From: the human T2T-CHM13v2.0 reference genome, Homo sapiens
DNA: 64,000 nucleotides
Assembly (NCBI RefSeq): GCF_009914755.1
Contig: NC_060937.1
Direction: 5' to 3' (one strand)
The stretch's first letter is position 1. Every line of letters starts with the position of its first letter. The position numbers and the translations under genes are program-made. Below are positions 1 to 15,000 of the stretch, one piece after another. The notes below the pieces were generated by a model that was not told the DNA's origin, did not search any database, and was given only the letters and a program-made list of their open reading frames with translations.

Positions 1-3000
1 TGTACCCCAAATACATATTTTATACTCTACATGAAATATCAAAGTTCACAAACCATACATTATATACTGTACATAACATATCAAAGTATCCAAGGTATAT
101 ATTCTATACTCTACAAAAAATATAAAAGTACCCAAAGCATGTATTATATACTGTACATAAAATATGAAAGTACATCAAATATATATTTAATTCTGTACAT
201 AAAATATCAAAGTACACCAGATATATATTCTATAGTGTACATAAAATATCAAAGTACCCAAACTATACATGATATACTGTACATAAAATATGAAATTACA
301 TCAAATATATATTATATTAGGTACATAAAATATGAAAGTACATCAAATATAGATTATATACTGTACATAAAATATCAAAGTACCCCAAATATATATTATA
401 TACTCTACATGAAATATCAAAGTTCACAAACTATATATTATATACTGTACATAAAATATCAAAGTACCCAAGGTATATATTCTATACTGTACAAAAAATA
501 TCAAAGTACCCAAAGCATGTATTATATACTGTACATAAAATATGAAAGTACATCAAAAATATATTTTATTCTGTACATAAAATATCAAAGTACACCGGAT
601 ATATATTCTATAGTGTACATAAAATAACAATGTACACAAACTGTAAATTATATACTGTACATAAAATATGAAATTACATCAAATATATATTAGGTACATA
701 AAATATGAAAGTACATCAAATATAGATTATATACTGTACATAAAATATCAATGTACCCCAAATATATATTTTATACTCTACATGAAATATCAAAGTTCAC
801 AAACCATATATTATATACTGCACATAAAATATCAAAGTACACAAGGTATATATTCTATACTGTACAAAAAATATCAAAGTACCCAAAGGATGTATTATAT
901 ACTGTACATAAAATATGAAACTACATCAAATATATATTTTATTCTGTACATAAAATATCAAAGTACACCAGATATATATTCTATAGTGTACATAAAATAT
1001 CAAAGTACCCAAACTATACATTATATACTGTACATAAAATATGAAATTACATCAAATATATATTATATTAGGTACATAAAATATGAAAGCACTTCAAATA
1101 TAGATTATATACTGTACATTAAATACCAAAGTACCCCAAACATATATTTTATACTGTACATCAAATATCAAAGTTCACAAACTATATATTATATACTGTA
1201 CATAAAATATCAAAATACCCATGGTATATATTCTATACTGTACAAAAAATATCAAAGTACCCAAAGCATGTATTATATACTGTATATAAAATATGAAAGC
1301 ACATCACATATATTTTTTATTCTGTACATAAAATATCAAAGTACACCAGATATATATTCTATAGTGTACATAAAATAACAAAGTTCAAAAACTATAAATT
1401 ATATGCTGTACATAAAATATGAAATTACATCAAATATATATTAGGTACATAAAATATGAAAGTACATCAAATATAGATTATATACTGTACATAAAATATC
1501 AATGTACCCCAAATATATATTTTATACTCTACATGAAATATGAAAGTTCACAAACCATATATTATATACTGTAAATAAAATATCAAAGTACCCAAGGTAT
1601 ATATTCTATACTGTACACAAAATATCAAAGTACCCAAAGCATGTATTATATACTGTACATAAAATATGAAACTACATCAAATATATATTTTATTCTGTAC
1701 ATAAAATATCAAAGTACACCAGATATATATTCTACAGTGTACATAAAATATCAACGTACCCAAACTATACATTATATACTGTACATAAAATATGAAATTA
1801 CATCAAATATATATTATATTAGGTACATAAAATATGAAAGCACATCAAATATAGATTATATACTGTACTTTAAATACCAAAGTAACCCAAATATATATTT
1901 TATACTATACATCAAATATCAAAGTTCACAAACTATATATTATATACTGTACATAAAATATCAAAGTACCCATGGTATATATTCTATACTGTACAAAAAA
2001 TATCAAAGTACCCAAAGCATGTATTATATACTGTACATAAAATATGAAAGTACATCAAATACATATTTTATTCTGTACATAAAATATCAAAGTACACCAG
2101 ATATATATTCTATAGTGTACATAAAATATCAAAGTACCCAAACTATACATTATATACTGTACATAAAATATGAAATTACATCAAATTTATATTAGGTACA
2201 TAAAATATGAAAGTACATCAAATATAGATTATATACTGTACATAAAATATCAAAGTACCCCAAATATATATTATATACTCTACATGAAATATCAAAGTTC
2301 ACAAACTATATATTATATACTGTACATAAAATATCCAAGTACCCAAGGTATATATTCTATACTGTACAAAAAATATCAACGTACCCAAAGCATGTATTAC
2401 ATACTCTATATAAAATATGAAAGTACATCACATATATATTTTATATTGTACATAAAATATCAAAGTACACCAGATATATATTCTATAGTGTACATAAAAT
2501 AACAAAGTACAAAAACTATAAATTATATGCTGTACATAAAATATGAAATTACATCGAATATATATTAGGTACATAAAATATGAAAGTACATTAAATATAC
2601 ATTATATACTGTACATAAAATATCAATGTACCCCAAATATATATTTTATACTCTACATGAAATATCAAAGTTCACAAACCATATATTATATACTGTACAT
2701 AAAATATCAAACTACCCAAGGTATATATTTTATACTGTACAAAAAATATCAAAGTACCCAAAGCATGTATTATATACTGTACATAAAATATGAAATTACA
2801 TCAAATATATATTTTATTCTGAACATAAAATATCAAAGTACACCAGATATATATTCTATAGTGTACATAAAATATCAAAGTACCCAAACTATACATTATA
2901 TACTGTACATAAAATATGAAATTACATCAAATATATATTATATTAGGTACATAAAATATGAAAGCACATCAAATATAGATTATATACTGTACATTAAATA

Positions 3001-6000
3001 CCAAAGTACCCCAAATATATATTTTATACTGTACATCAAATATCAAAGTTCACAAACTATATATTATATACTGTACATAAAATATCAAAGTACACATGGC
3101 ATATATTCTATACTGTACAAAAAATATCAAAGTACCCAAAGCATGTATTATATACTGTATATAAAATATGAAAGTACATCACATATATATTTTATTCTGT
3201 ACATAAAATATCAAAGTACACCAGATATATATTCTATAGTGTACATAAAATAACAAAGTTCAAAAACTATAAATTATATGCTGTACATAAAATATGAAAT
3301 TACATCAAATATATATTAGGTACATAAAATATGAATGTACATCAAATATAGATTATATACTGTACATAAAATATCAATGTACCCCAAATATATATTTTAT
3401 ACTCTACATGAAATATGAAAGTTCACAAACTATATATTATATACTGTACATAAAATATCAAAGTACCCAAGGTATATATTCTATACTGTACAAAAAATAT
3501 CAAAGTACCCAAAGCATGTATTATATACTGTACATAAAATATGAAACTACATCAAATATATATTTTATTCTGTACATAAAATATCAAAGTACACCAAATA
3601 TATATTCTATAGTGTACATAGAATATCAAAGTACACAAACTATACATTATATACTGTACATAAAATATGAAATTACATCAAATATATATTAGGTACATAA
3701 AATATGAAAGTACATCAAATATAGATTATATACTGTACATAAAATATCAGAGTACCCCAAATATATATTATATACACTACATGAAATATCAAAGTTCACA
3801 AACTGTATATTATATACTGTACATAAAATATCAAAGTACCCAAGGTATATATTCTATACTGTACAAAAAATATCAAAGTAGCCAAAGCATGTATTATATA
3901 CTGTACATAAAATATGAAAGTACATCAAATATATATTTTATTCTGTACATAAATTATGAAAGTACACCAGGTATATATTCTATAGTGTACATAAAATAAC
4001 AAAGTACACAATCTATAAATTATATACTGTACATAAAATATGAAATTACATCAAATATATATTAGGTACATAAAATATGAAAGTACATCAAATATAGATT
4101 ATATACTGTACATAAAATATCAATGTACCCCAAATATATATTTTATACTCTACATGAAATATCAAAGTTCACAAACCATATATTAAATACTGTACATAAA
4201 ATATCAAAGTACCCAAGGTATATATTCTGTACTATACAAAAAATATCAAAGTACACAAAGCATTTATTATATACTGTACATAAAATATGAAAGTACATCA
4301 AATATATATTTTATTCTCTATATAAAATATCAAAGTACACCAGATATATATTCTATAGTGTACATAAAATATCAAAGTACCCAAACTATACATTATACAC
4401 TGTACATAAAATATGAAATTACATCAAATATATATATTAGGTACATAAAATATGAAAGCACATCAAATATAGATTATATACTGTACATAAAATACCAAAG
4501 TACCCCAAATATATATTTTATACTGTACATGAAATATCAAAGTTCACAAACTATATATTATATACTGTACATAAAATATCAAAGTACCCAAGTTATATAT
4601 TCTATACTGTACAAAAAATATCAAAGTACCCAAAGCATGTATTATATACTGTACATAAAATATGAAAGTACATCAAATATATATTTAATTCTGTACATAA
4701 AATATCAAAGTACACCAGATATATATTCTATAGTGTACATAAAATATCAAAGTACCCAAACTATATATGATATACTGTACATAAAATATGAAATTACATC
4801 AAATATATATTATATTAGGTACATAAAATATGAAAGTACATCAAATATATATTATATACTGTACATAAAATACCAAAGTACCCCAAATATATATTATATA
4901 CTGTACATGAAATATCAAAGTTCACAAACTATATATTATATACTGTATATAAAATATCAAAGTACCCAAGGTATATATTCTATACTGTACAAAAAATATC
5001 AAAGTACCCAAAGCATGTATTATATACTGTTTATAAAATATGAAAGTACATCAAATATATATTTTATTCTGTACATAAAATATCAAATTGCACCAAATAT
5101 ATGTTCTATAGTGTACATTAAATATCAAACTACCCAAACTGTACATTATATACTGTACATAAAATATGAAATTACATCAATTATATATTATATTAGGTAC
5201 ATAAAATATGAAAGTACATCAAATATATATTATATACTGTACATAAAATACCAAAGTACCCCAAATATATATTATATACTGTACATGAAATATCAAAGTT
5301 CACAAACTATATATTATATACTGTACATAAAATATCAAAGTACCAAAGGTATATATTCTATACTGTACAAAAAATATCAAAGTACCCAAAGCATGTATTA
5401 TATACTGTACATAAAATACGAAAGTACATCAAATATATATTTTATTCTGTACATAAAATATCAAAGTACACCAAATATATATTCTATAGTTTACATAAAA
5501 TATAAAAGTACGCAAACTATACATTATATACTGTACATAAAATATGAAATTACATCAAATATATATTATATTAGGTACATAAAATATGAAATTACATCAA
5601 ATATATATTACATTAGGTACATAAAATGTGAAAGTACATCAAATATAGATTATATACTGTACATAAAATACCAAAGTACCCCAAATACATATTATATACT
5701 GTACATGAAATATCAAAGTTCACAAACTATATATTATATACTGTACATAAAATATCAAAGTACCCAAGGTATATATTCTATACTGTACAAAAAATATCAA
5801 AGTATGCAAAGCATGTATTATATACTGTACATAAAATATGAAATTACATCAAATATATATTATATTAGGTACATAAAATATGAAAGTACATCAAATATAT
5901 ATTATATACTGTACATAAAATACCAAAGTACCCCAAATACATATTATATGCTGTACATTAAATATCAAAGTTCACAAACTATATATTATATACTGTACAT

Positions 6001-6023
6001 AAAATATCAAAGTACCGAAGGGA

Positions 6024-9000
6024 TATATTCTATACTGTACAAAAAATATCAAAGTACCCAAAGCATGTATTATATACTGTACATAAAATATGAAAGTACA
6101 TCAAATATATATTTTATTCTGTACATAAAATATCAAAGTACACCAAATATATATTCTATAGTGTACATAAAATATCAAAGTACCCAAACTATACATTATA
6201 TACTGTACATAAAATATGAAATTACATCAAATATATATTATATTAGGTACATAAAATATGAAAGTACATCAAATATTGATTATACACTGTACATAAAATA
6301 CCAAAGAACCCCAAATATATATTATATACTGTACATGAAATATCAAAGTTCACAAACTATATATTATATAATGTACATAAAATATCAAAGTACCCAAGGT
6401 ATATATTCTATACTGTACAAAAAATATCAAAGTACCCAAAGCATGTATTATATAGTGTATATAAAATATGAAAGTACATCAAATATATATTTAATTCTGT
6501 ACATAAAATATCAAAGTACACCAGATATATATTCTATAGTGTATATAAAATATCAACGTACCCAAACTATACATTATATACTGTACATAAAATATGAAAT
6601 TACATCAAATATATATTATATTAGGTACATAAAATATGAAAGCACATCAAATATAGATTATATACTGTACTTTAAATACCAAAGTACCCCAAAAATATAT
6701 ATTTTATACTGTGCATCAAATATCAAAGTTCACAAACTATATATTATATACTGTACATAAAATATCAAAGTACCTATGGTATATATTCTATACTGTACAA
6801 AAAATATCAAAGTACCCAAAGCATGTATTTTATACTGTACATAAAATATGAAAGTACATCAAATATATATTAGGTACATAAAATATGAAAGTACATCAAA
6901 TATAGATTATATACTGTACAAAAAATATCAAAGTACCCAAAGCATGTATTAAATACTGTACATAAAATATGAAAGTACATCAAATATATATTTTATTCTG
7001 TACATAAAATATCAAAGTACACCAGATATATATTCTATAGTGTACATAAAATATCAAAGTACCCAAAATATACATTATATACTGTACATAAAATATGAAA
7101 TTACATCAAATATATATTATATTAGGAACATAAAATATGAAAGTACATCAAATATAGATTCTATACTGTACATAAAATATCAAAGAACCCCAAATATATA
7201 TTATATACTCTACATGAAATATCAAAGTTCACAAACTATATATTATATACTGTACATAAAATATCAAAGTACCCAAGGTGTATATTCTATACTCTACAAA
7301 AAATATCAAAGTACCCAAACTATACATTATATACTGTATATAAAATATGAAATTATATCAAATATATATTATATTAGGTACATAAAATATGAAAGTACAT
7401 CAAATATAGATTATATACTGTACATAAAATATCAAAGTACCCAAACTATACATTATATACTGTACATAAAATATGAAATTACATCAAATTTATATTAGGT
7501 AAATAAAATATGAAAGTACATCAAATATATATTTTATTCTGTACATAAAATATCAAAGTACAACAGATATATATTCTATAGTGTACATAAAATAACAAAG
7601 TAGAAAAACTATAAATTATATACTGTACATAAAATATGAAATTACATCAAATATATATTAGGTACATAAAATATGAAAGTACATCAAATATAGATTATAT
7701 ACTGTACATAAATTATCAATGTACCCCAAATATATATTTTATACTCTACATGAAATATCAAAGTTCACAAACCATATATTATATACTGTACATAAAATAT
7801 CAAGGTACCCAAGGTATATATTCTATACTGTACAAAAAATATCAAAGTACACAAAGCATTTATTACTGTACATAAAAAATGAAAGTACATCAAATATATA
7901 TTTTATTCTGTACATAAAATATCAAAGTACACCAGATATATATTCTATAGTGTGCATAAAATATCAAAGTACCCAAACTAACAATTATATACTGTACATA
8001 AAATATGAAATTACATCAAATATATATTATATTAGGTACATAAAATATGAAAGCACATCAAATATAGATTATATACTGTACTTTAAATACCAAAATACCC
8101 CAAATATATATTTTATACTGTACATCAAATATCAAAGTTCACAAACTATATATTATATACTGTACATAAAATATCAAAGTACCCATGGTATATATTCTAT
8201 ACTGTACAAAAAATATCAAAGTACCCAAAGCATGTATTATATACTGTACATAAAATATGAAAGTACATCAAATATATATTTTATTCTGTACATAAAATAT
8301 CAAAGTATACCAGATATATATACTATAGTGTACATAAAATAACAAAGTACACAAACTATAAATTATATACTGTACATAAAATATGAAATTACATCAAATA
8401 TATATTAGGTACATAAAATATGAAAGTACATCAAATATAGATTATATACTGTACATATAATATCAAAGTACCCCAAATATATATTTTATACTCTACATGA
8501 AATATCAAAGTTCACAAACTATACATTATATACTGTACATAAAATATCAAAGTACCCAAGGTATATAATCTATACTGTACAAAAAATATCAAAGTACCCA
8601 AAGCATATATTATATACTGTACATAAAATATGAAAGTACATCAAATATATATTTTATTCTGTACATATAATATCAAAGTACACCAGATATATATTCTATA
8701 GTGTACATAAAATATCAAAGTAACCAAACTATACATTATATACTGTACATAAAATATGAAATTACATCAAATATATATTAGGTACATAAAATATGAAAGT
8801 ACATCAAATATAGATTATATACTGTACATAAAATATCAATGTACCCCAAATATATATTTTATACTGTACATGAAATATCAAAGTTCACAAACCATATATT
8901 ATATAATGTACATAAAATATCAAAGTACCCAAGGTATATATTCTATACTGTACAAAAAATATCAAATTACCCAAAGCATGTATTTTATACTGTACATAAA

Positions 9001-12000
9001 ATATGAAAGTACATCAAATATATATTTTATTCTGTACATAAAATATCAAAGTACACCAGACATATATTCTATAGTGTACATAAAATATCAAAGTACCCAA
9101 ACTATACATTATACACTGTACATAAAATATGAAATTACATCAAATATATATTATATTAGGTACATAAAATATGAAAGTACATCAAATATAGATTATATAC
9201 TGTACATAAAATACCAAAGTACCCCAAATATATATTTTATACAGTACATGAAATATCAAAGTTCACACACTATATATTATATACAGTACATAAAATATCA
9301 AAGTACCCAAGGTATATATTCTATACTGTACAAAAAATATCAAAGTACCCAAAGCATGTATTAAATACTGTACATAAAATATGAAAGTACATCAAATATA
9401 TATTTTATTCTGTACATAAAATATCAAAGTACACCAGATATATATTCTATAGTGTACATAAAATATCAAAGTACCCAAAATATACATTATAAACTGTACA
9501 TAAAATATGAAATTACATCAAATATATATTATATTAGGAACATAAAATATGAAAGTACATCAAATATAGATTCTATACTGTACATAAAATATCAAAGAAC
9601 CCCAAATATATATTATATACTCTACATGAAATATCAAAGTTCACAAACTATATATTATATACTGTACATAAAATATCAAAGTACCCAAGGTGTATATTCT
9701 ATACTCTACAAAAAATATCAAAGTACCCAAACTATACATTATATACTGTATATAAAATATGAAATTATATCAAATATATATTATATTAGGTACATAAAAT
9801 ATGAAAGTACATCAAATATAGATTATATACTGTACATAAAATATCAAAGTACCCAAACTATACATTATATACTGTACATAAAATATGAAATTACATCAAA
9901 TATATATTAGGTAAATAAAATATGAAAGTACATCAAATATAGATTATATACTGTACATAAAATATCAAATTACCCCAAATATATATTATATACTCTACAT
10001 GAAATATCAAAGTTCACAAACTATATATTATATAATGTACATAAAATATCAAAGTACCCAAGGTATATATTCTATACTGTACAAAAAATATCAAAGTATC
10101 CAAAGCATGTATTATATACTGTATATAAAATATGAAAGTACATTAAATATATATTTTATTCTGTACATAAAATATCAAAGTACACCAGATATATATTCTA
10201 TAGTGTACATAAAATAACAAAGTACGCAAAATATAAATTATATACTGTACATAAAATATGAAATTACATCAAATATATATTAGGTACATAAAATATGAAA
10301 GTACATCAAATATAGATTATATTCTGTACATATAATATCAATGTACCCCAAATATATATTTTATACTCTACATGAAATATCAAAGTTCACAAACCATACA
10401 TTATATACTGTACATAAAATATCAAAGTACCCAAGGTATATATTCTATACTGTACAAAAAATATCAAAGTACCCAAAGCATGTATTATATACTGTACATA
10501 AAATATGAAAGTACATCAAATAGATATTTTATTCTGTACATAAAATATCAAAGTACACCAGATATATATTCTATAGTGTACATAAAATATCAAAGTATCC
10601 AAACTATACATTATATACTGTACATAAAATATGAAATTACATCAAATATATATTAGGTACATAAAATATGAAAGTACATCAAATATAGATTATATACTGT
10701 ACATAAAATATCAAAGTACCCCAAATATATATTATATACTCTACATGAAATATCAAAGTTCACAACTATATATTATATACTGTACATAAAATATCAAAGT
10801 ACCCAAGGTATATATTCTATACTGTACAAAAAATATCAAAGTACCCAAAGCATGTATTATATACTGTATATAAAATATGAAAGTACATTAAATATATATT
10901 TTATTCTGTACATAAAATATCAAAGTACACCAGATATATATTCTATAGTGTACATAAAATAACAAAGTACGCAAACTATACATTATATACTGTACATAAA
11001 ATATGAAATTACATCAAATATATATTAGGTACATAAAATATGAAAGTACATCAAATATAGATTATATACTGTACATATAATATCAATGTACCCCAAATAT
11101 ATATTTTATACTCTACATGAAATATCAAAGTTCACAAACCATACATTATATACTGTACATAAAATATCAAAGTACCCAAGGTATATATTCTATACTGTAC
11201 AAAAAATATCAAAGTACCCAAAGCATGTTTTATATACTGTACATAAAATATGAAAGTACATCAAATATATATTTTATTCTGTACATAAAATATCAAAGTA
11301 CACCAGATATATATTCTATAGTGTACATAAAATAACAAAGTACACAAACTATACATTATATACTGTACATAAAATATGAAATTACATCAAATATATATTA
11401 GGTAAATAAAATATGAAAGTACATCAAATATAGATTATATACTGTACATAAAATATCAATGTACCCCAAATATATATTTTATACTCTACATGAAATATCA
11501 AAGTTCACAAACCATATATTATATAATGTACATAAAATATCAAAGTACCCAAGGTATATATTCTATACTGTACAAAAAATATCAAATTACCCAAAGCATT
11601 TATTATATACTGTACATAAAATATGAAAGTACATCAAATATATATTTTATTCTGTACATAAAATATCAAAGTACACCAGATATATATTCTATAGTGTACA
11701 TAAAATATCAAAGTACCCAAACTATACATTATACACTGTACATAAAATATGAAATTACATCAAATATATATTATATTAGGTACATAAAATATGAAAGTAC
11801 ATCAAATATAGATTATATACTGTACATAAAATACCAAAGTACCCCAAATATATATTTTATACTGTACATGAAATATCAAAGTTCACACACTATATATTAT
11901 ATACTGTACATAAAATATCAAAGTACCCAAGGTAAATATTCTATACTGTACAAAAAATATCAAAGTACCCAAAGCATGTATTATATACTGTACATAAAAT

Positions 12001-15000
12001 ATGAAAGTACATCAAATATATATTTTATTCTGTACATAAAATATCAAAGTACACCAAATATATATTCTATAGTGTACATAAAATATCAAAGTACCCAAAC
12101 TATACATTATATACTGTACATAAAATATGAAATTACATCAAATATATATTATATTAGGTACATAAAATATGAAAGTACATCAAATATTGATTATACACTG
12201 TACATAAAATACCAAAGAACCCCAAATATATATTATATACTGTACATGAAATATCAAAGTTCACAAACTATATATTATATAATGTACATAAAATATCAAA
12301 GTACCCAAGGTATATATTCTATACTGTACAAAAAATATCAAAGTACCCAAAGCATGTATTATATAGTGTATATAAAATATGAAAGTACATCAAATATATA
12401 TTTAATTCTGTACATAAAATATCAAAGTACACCAGATATATATTCTATAGTGTATATAAAATATCAACGTACCCAAACTATACATTATATACTGTACATA
12501 AAATATGAAATTACATCAAATATATATTATATTAGGTACATAAAATATGAAAGCACATCAAATATAGATTATATACTGTACTTTAAATACCAAAGTACCC
12601 CAAAAATATATATTTTATACTGTGCATCAAATATCAAAGTTCACAAACTATATATTATATACTGTACATAAAATATCAAAGTACCTATGGTATATATTCT
12701 ATACTGTACAAAAAATATCAAAGTACCCAAAGCATGTATTTTATACTGTACATAAAATATGAAAGTACATCAAATATATATTAGGTACATAAAATATGAA
12801 AGTACATCAAATATAGATTATATACTGTACAAAAAATATCAAAGTACCCAAAGCATGTATTAAATACTGTACATAAAATATGAAAGTACATCAAATATAT
12901 ATTTTATTCTGTACATAAAATATCAAAGTACACCAGATATATATTCTATAGTGTACATAAAATATCAAAGTACCCAAAATATACATTATATACTGTACAT
13001 AAAATATGAAATTACATCAAATATATATTATATTAGGAACATAAAATATGAAAGTACATCAAATATAGATTCTATACTGTACATAAAATATCAAAGAACC
13101 CCAAATATATATTATATACTCTACATGAAATATCAAAGTTCACAAACTATATATTATATACTGTACATAAAATATCAAAGTACCCAAGGTGTATATTCTA
13201 TACTCTACAAAAAATATCAAAGTACCCAAACTATACATTATATACTGTATATAAAATATGAAATTATATCAAATATATATTATATTAGGTACATAAAATA
13301 TGAAAGTACATCAAATATAGATTATATACTGTACATAAAATATCAAAGTACCCAAACTATACATTATATACTGTACATAAAATATGAAATTACATCAAAT
13401 TTATATTAGGTAAATAAAATATGAAAGTACATCAAATATATATTTTATTCTGTACATAAAATATCAAAGTACAACAGATATATATTCTATAGTGTACATA
13501 AAATAACAAAGTAGAAAAACTATAAATTATATACTGTACATAAAATATGAAATTACATCAAATATATATTAGGTACATAAAATATGAAAGTACATCAAAT
13601 ATAGATTATATACTGTACATAAATTATCAATGTACCCCAAATATATATTTTATACTCTACATGAAATATCAAAGTTCACAAACCATATATTATATACTGT
13701 ACATAAAATATCAAGGTACCCAAGGTATATATTCTATACTGTACAAAAAATATCAAAGTACACAAAGCATTTATTACTGTACATAAAAAATGAAAGTACA
13801 TCAAATATATATTTTATTCTGTACATAAAATATCAAAGTACACCAGATATATATTCTATAGTGTGCATAAAATATCAAAGTACCCAAACTAACAATTATA
13901 TACTGTACATAAAATATGAAATTACATCAAATATATATTATATTAGGTACATAAAATATGAAAGCACATCAAATATAGATTATATACTGTACTTTAAATA
14001 CCAAAATACCCCAAATATATATTTTATACTGTACATCAAATATCAAAGTTCACAAACTATATATTATATACTGTACATAAAATATCAAAGTACCCATGGT
14101 ATATATTCTATACTGTACAAAAAATATCAAAGTACCCAAAGCATGTATTATATACTGTACATAAAATATGAAAGTACATCAAATATATATTTTATTCTGT
14201 ACATAAAATATCAAAGTATACCAGATATATATACTATAGTGTACATAAAATAACAAAGTACACAAACTATAAATTATATACTGTACATAAAATATGAAAT
14301 TACATCAAATATATATTAGGTACATAAAATATGAAAGTACATCAAATATAGATTATATACTGTACATATAATATCAAAGTACCCCAAATATATATTTTAT
14401 ACTCTACATGAAATATCAAAGTTCACAAACTATACATTATATACTGTACATAAAATATCAAAGTACCCAAGGTATATAATCTATACTGTACAAAAAATAT
14501 CAAAGTACCCAAAGCATATATTATATACTGTACATAAAATATGAAAGTACATCAAATATATATTTTATTCTGTACATATAATATCAAAGTACACCAGATA
14601 TATATTCTATAGTGTACATAAAATATCAAAGTAACCAAACTATACATTATATACTGTACATAAAATATGAAATTACATCAAATATATATTAGGTACATAA
14701 AATATGAAAGTACATCAAATATAGATTATATACTGTACATAAAATATCAATGTACCCCAAATATATATTTTATACTGTACATGAAATATCAAAGTTCACA
14801 AACCATATATTATATAATGTACATAAAATATCAAAGTACCCAAGGTATATATTCTATACTGTACAAAAAATATCAAATTACCCAAAGCATGTATTTTATA
14901 CTGTACATAAAATATGAAAGTACATCAAATATATATTTTATTCTGTACATAAAATATCAAAGTACACCAGACATATATTCTATAGTGTACATAAAATATC

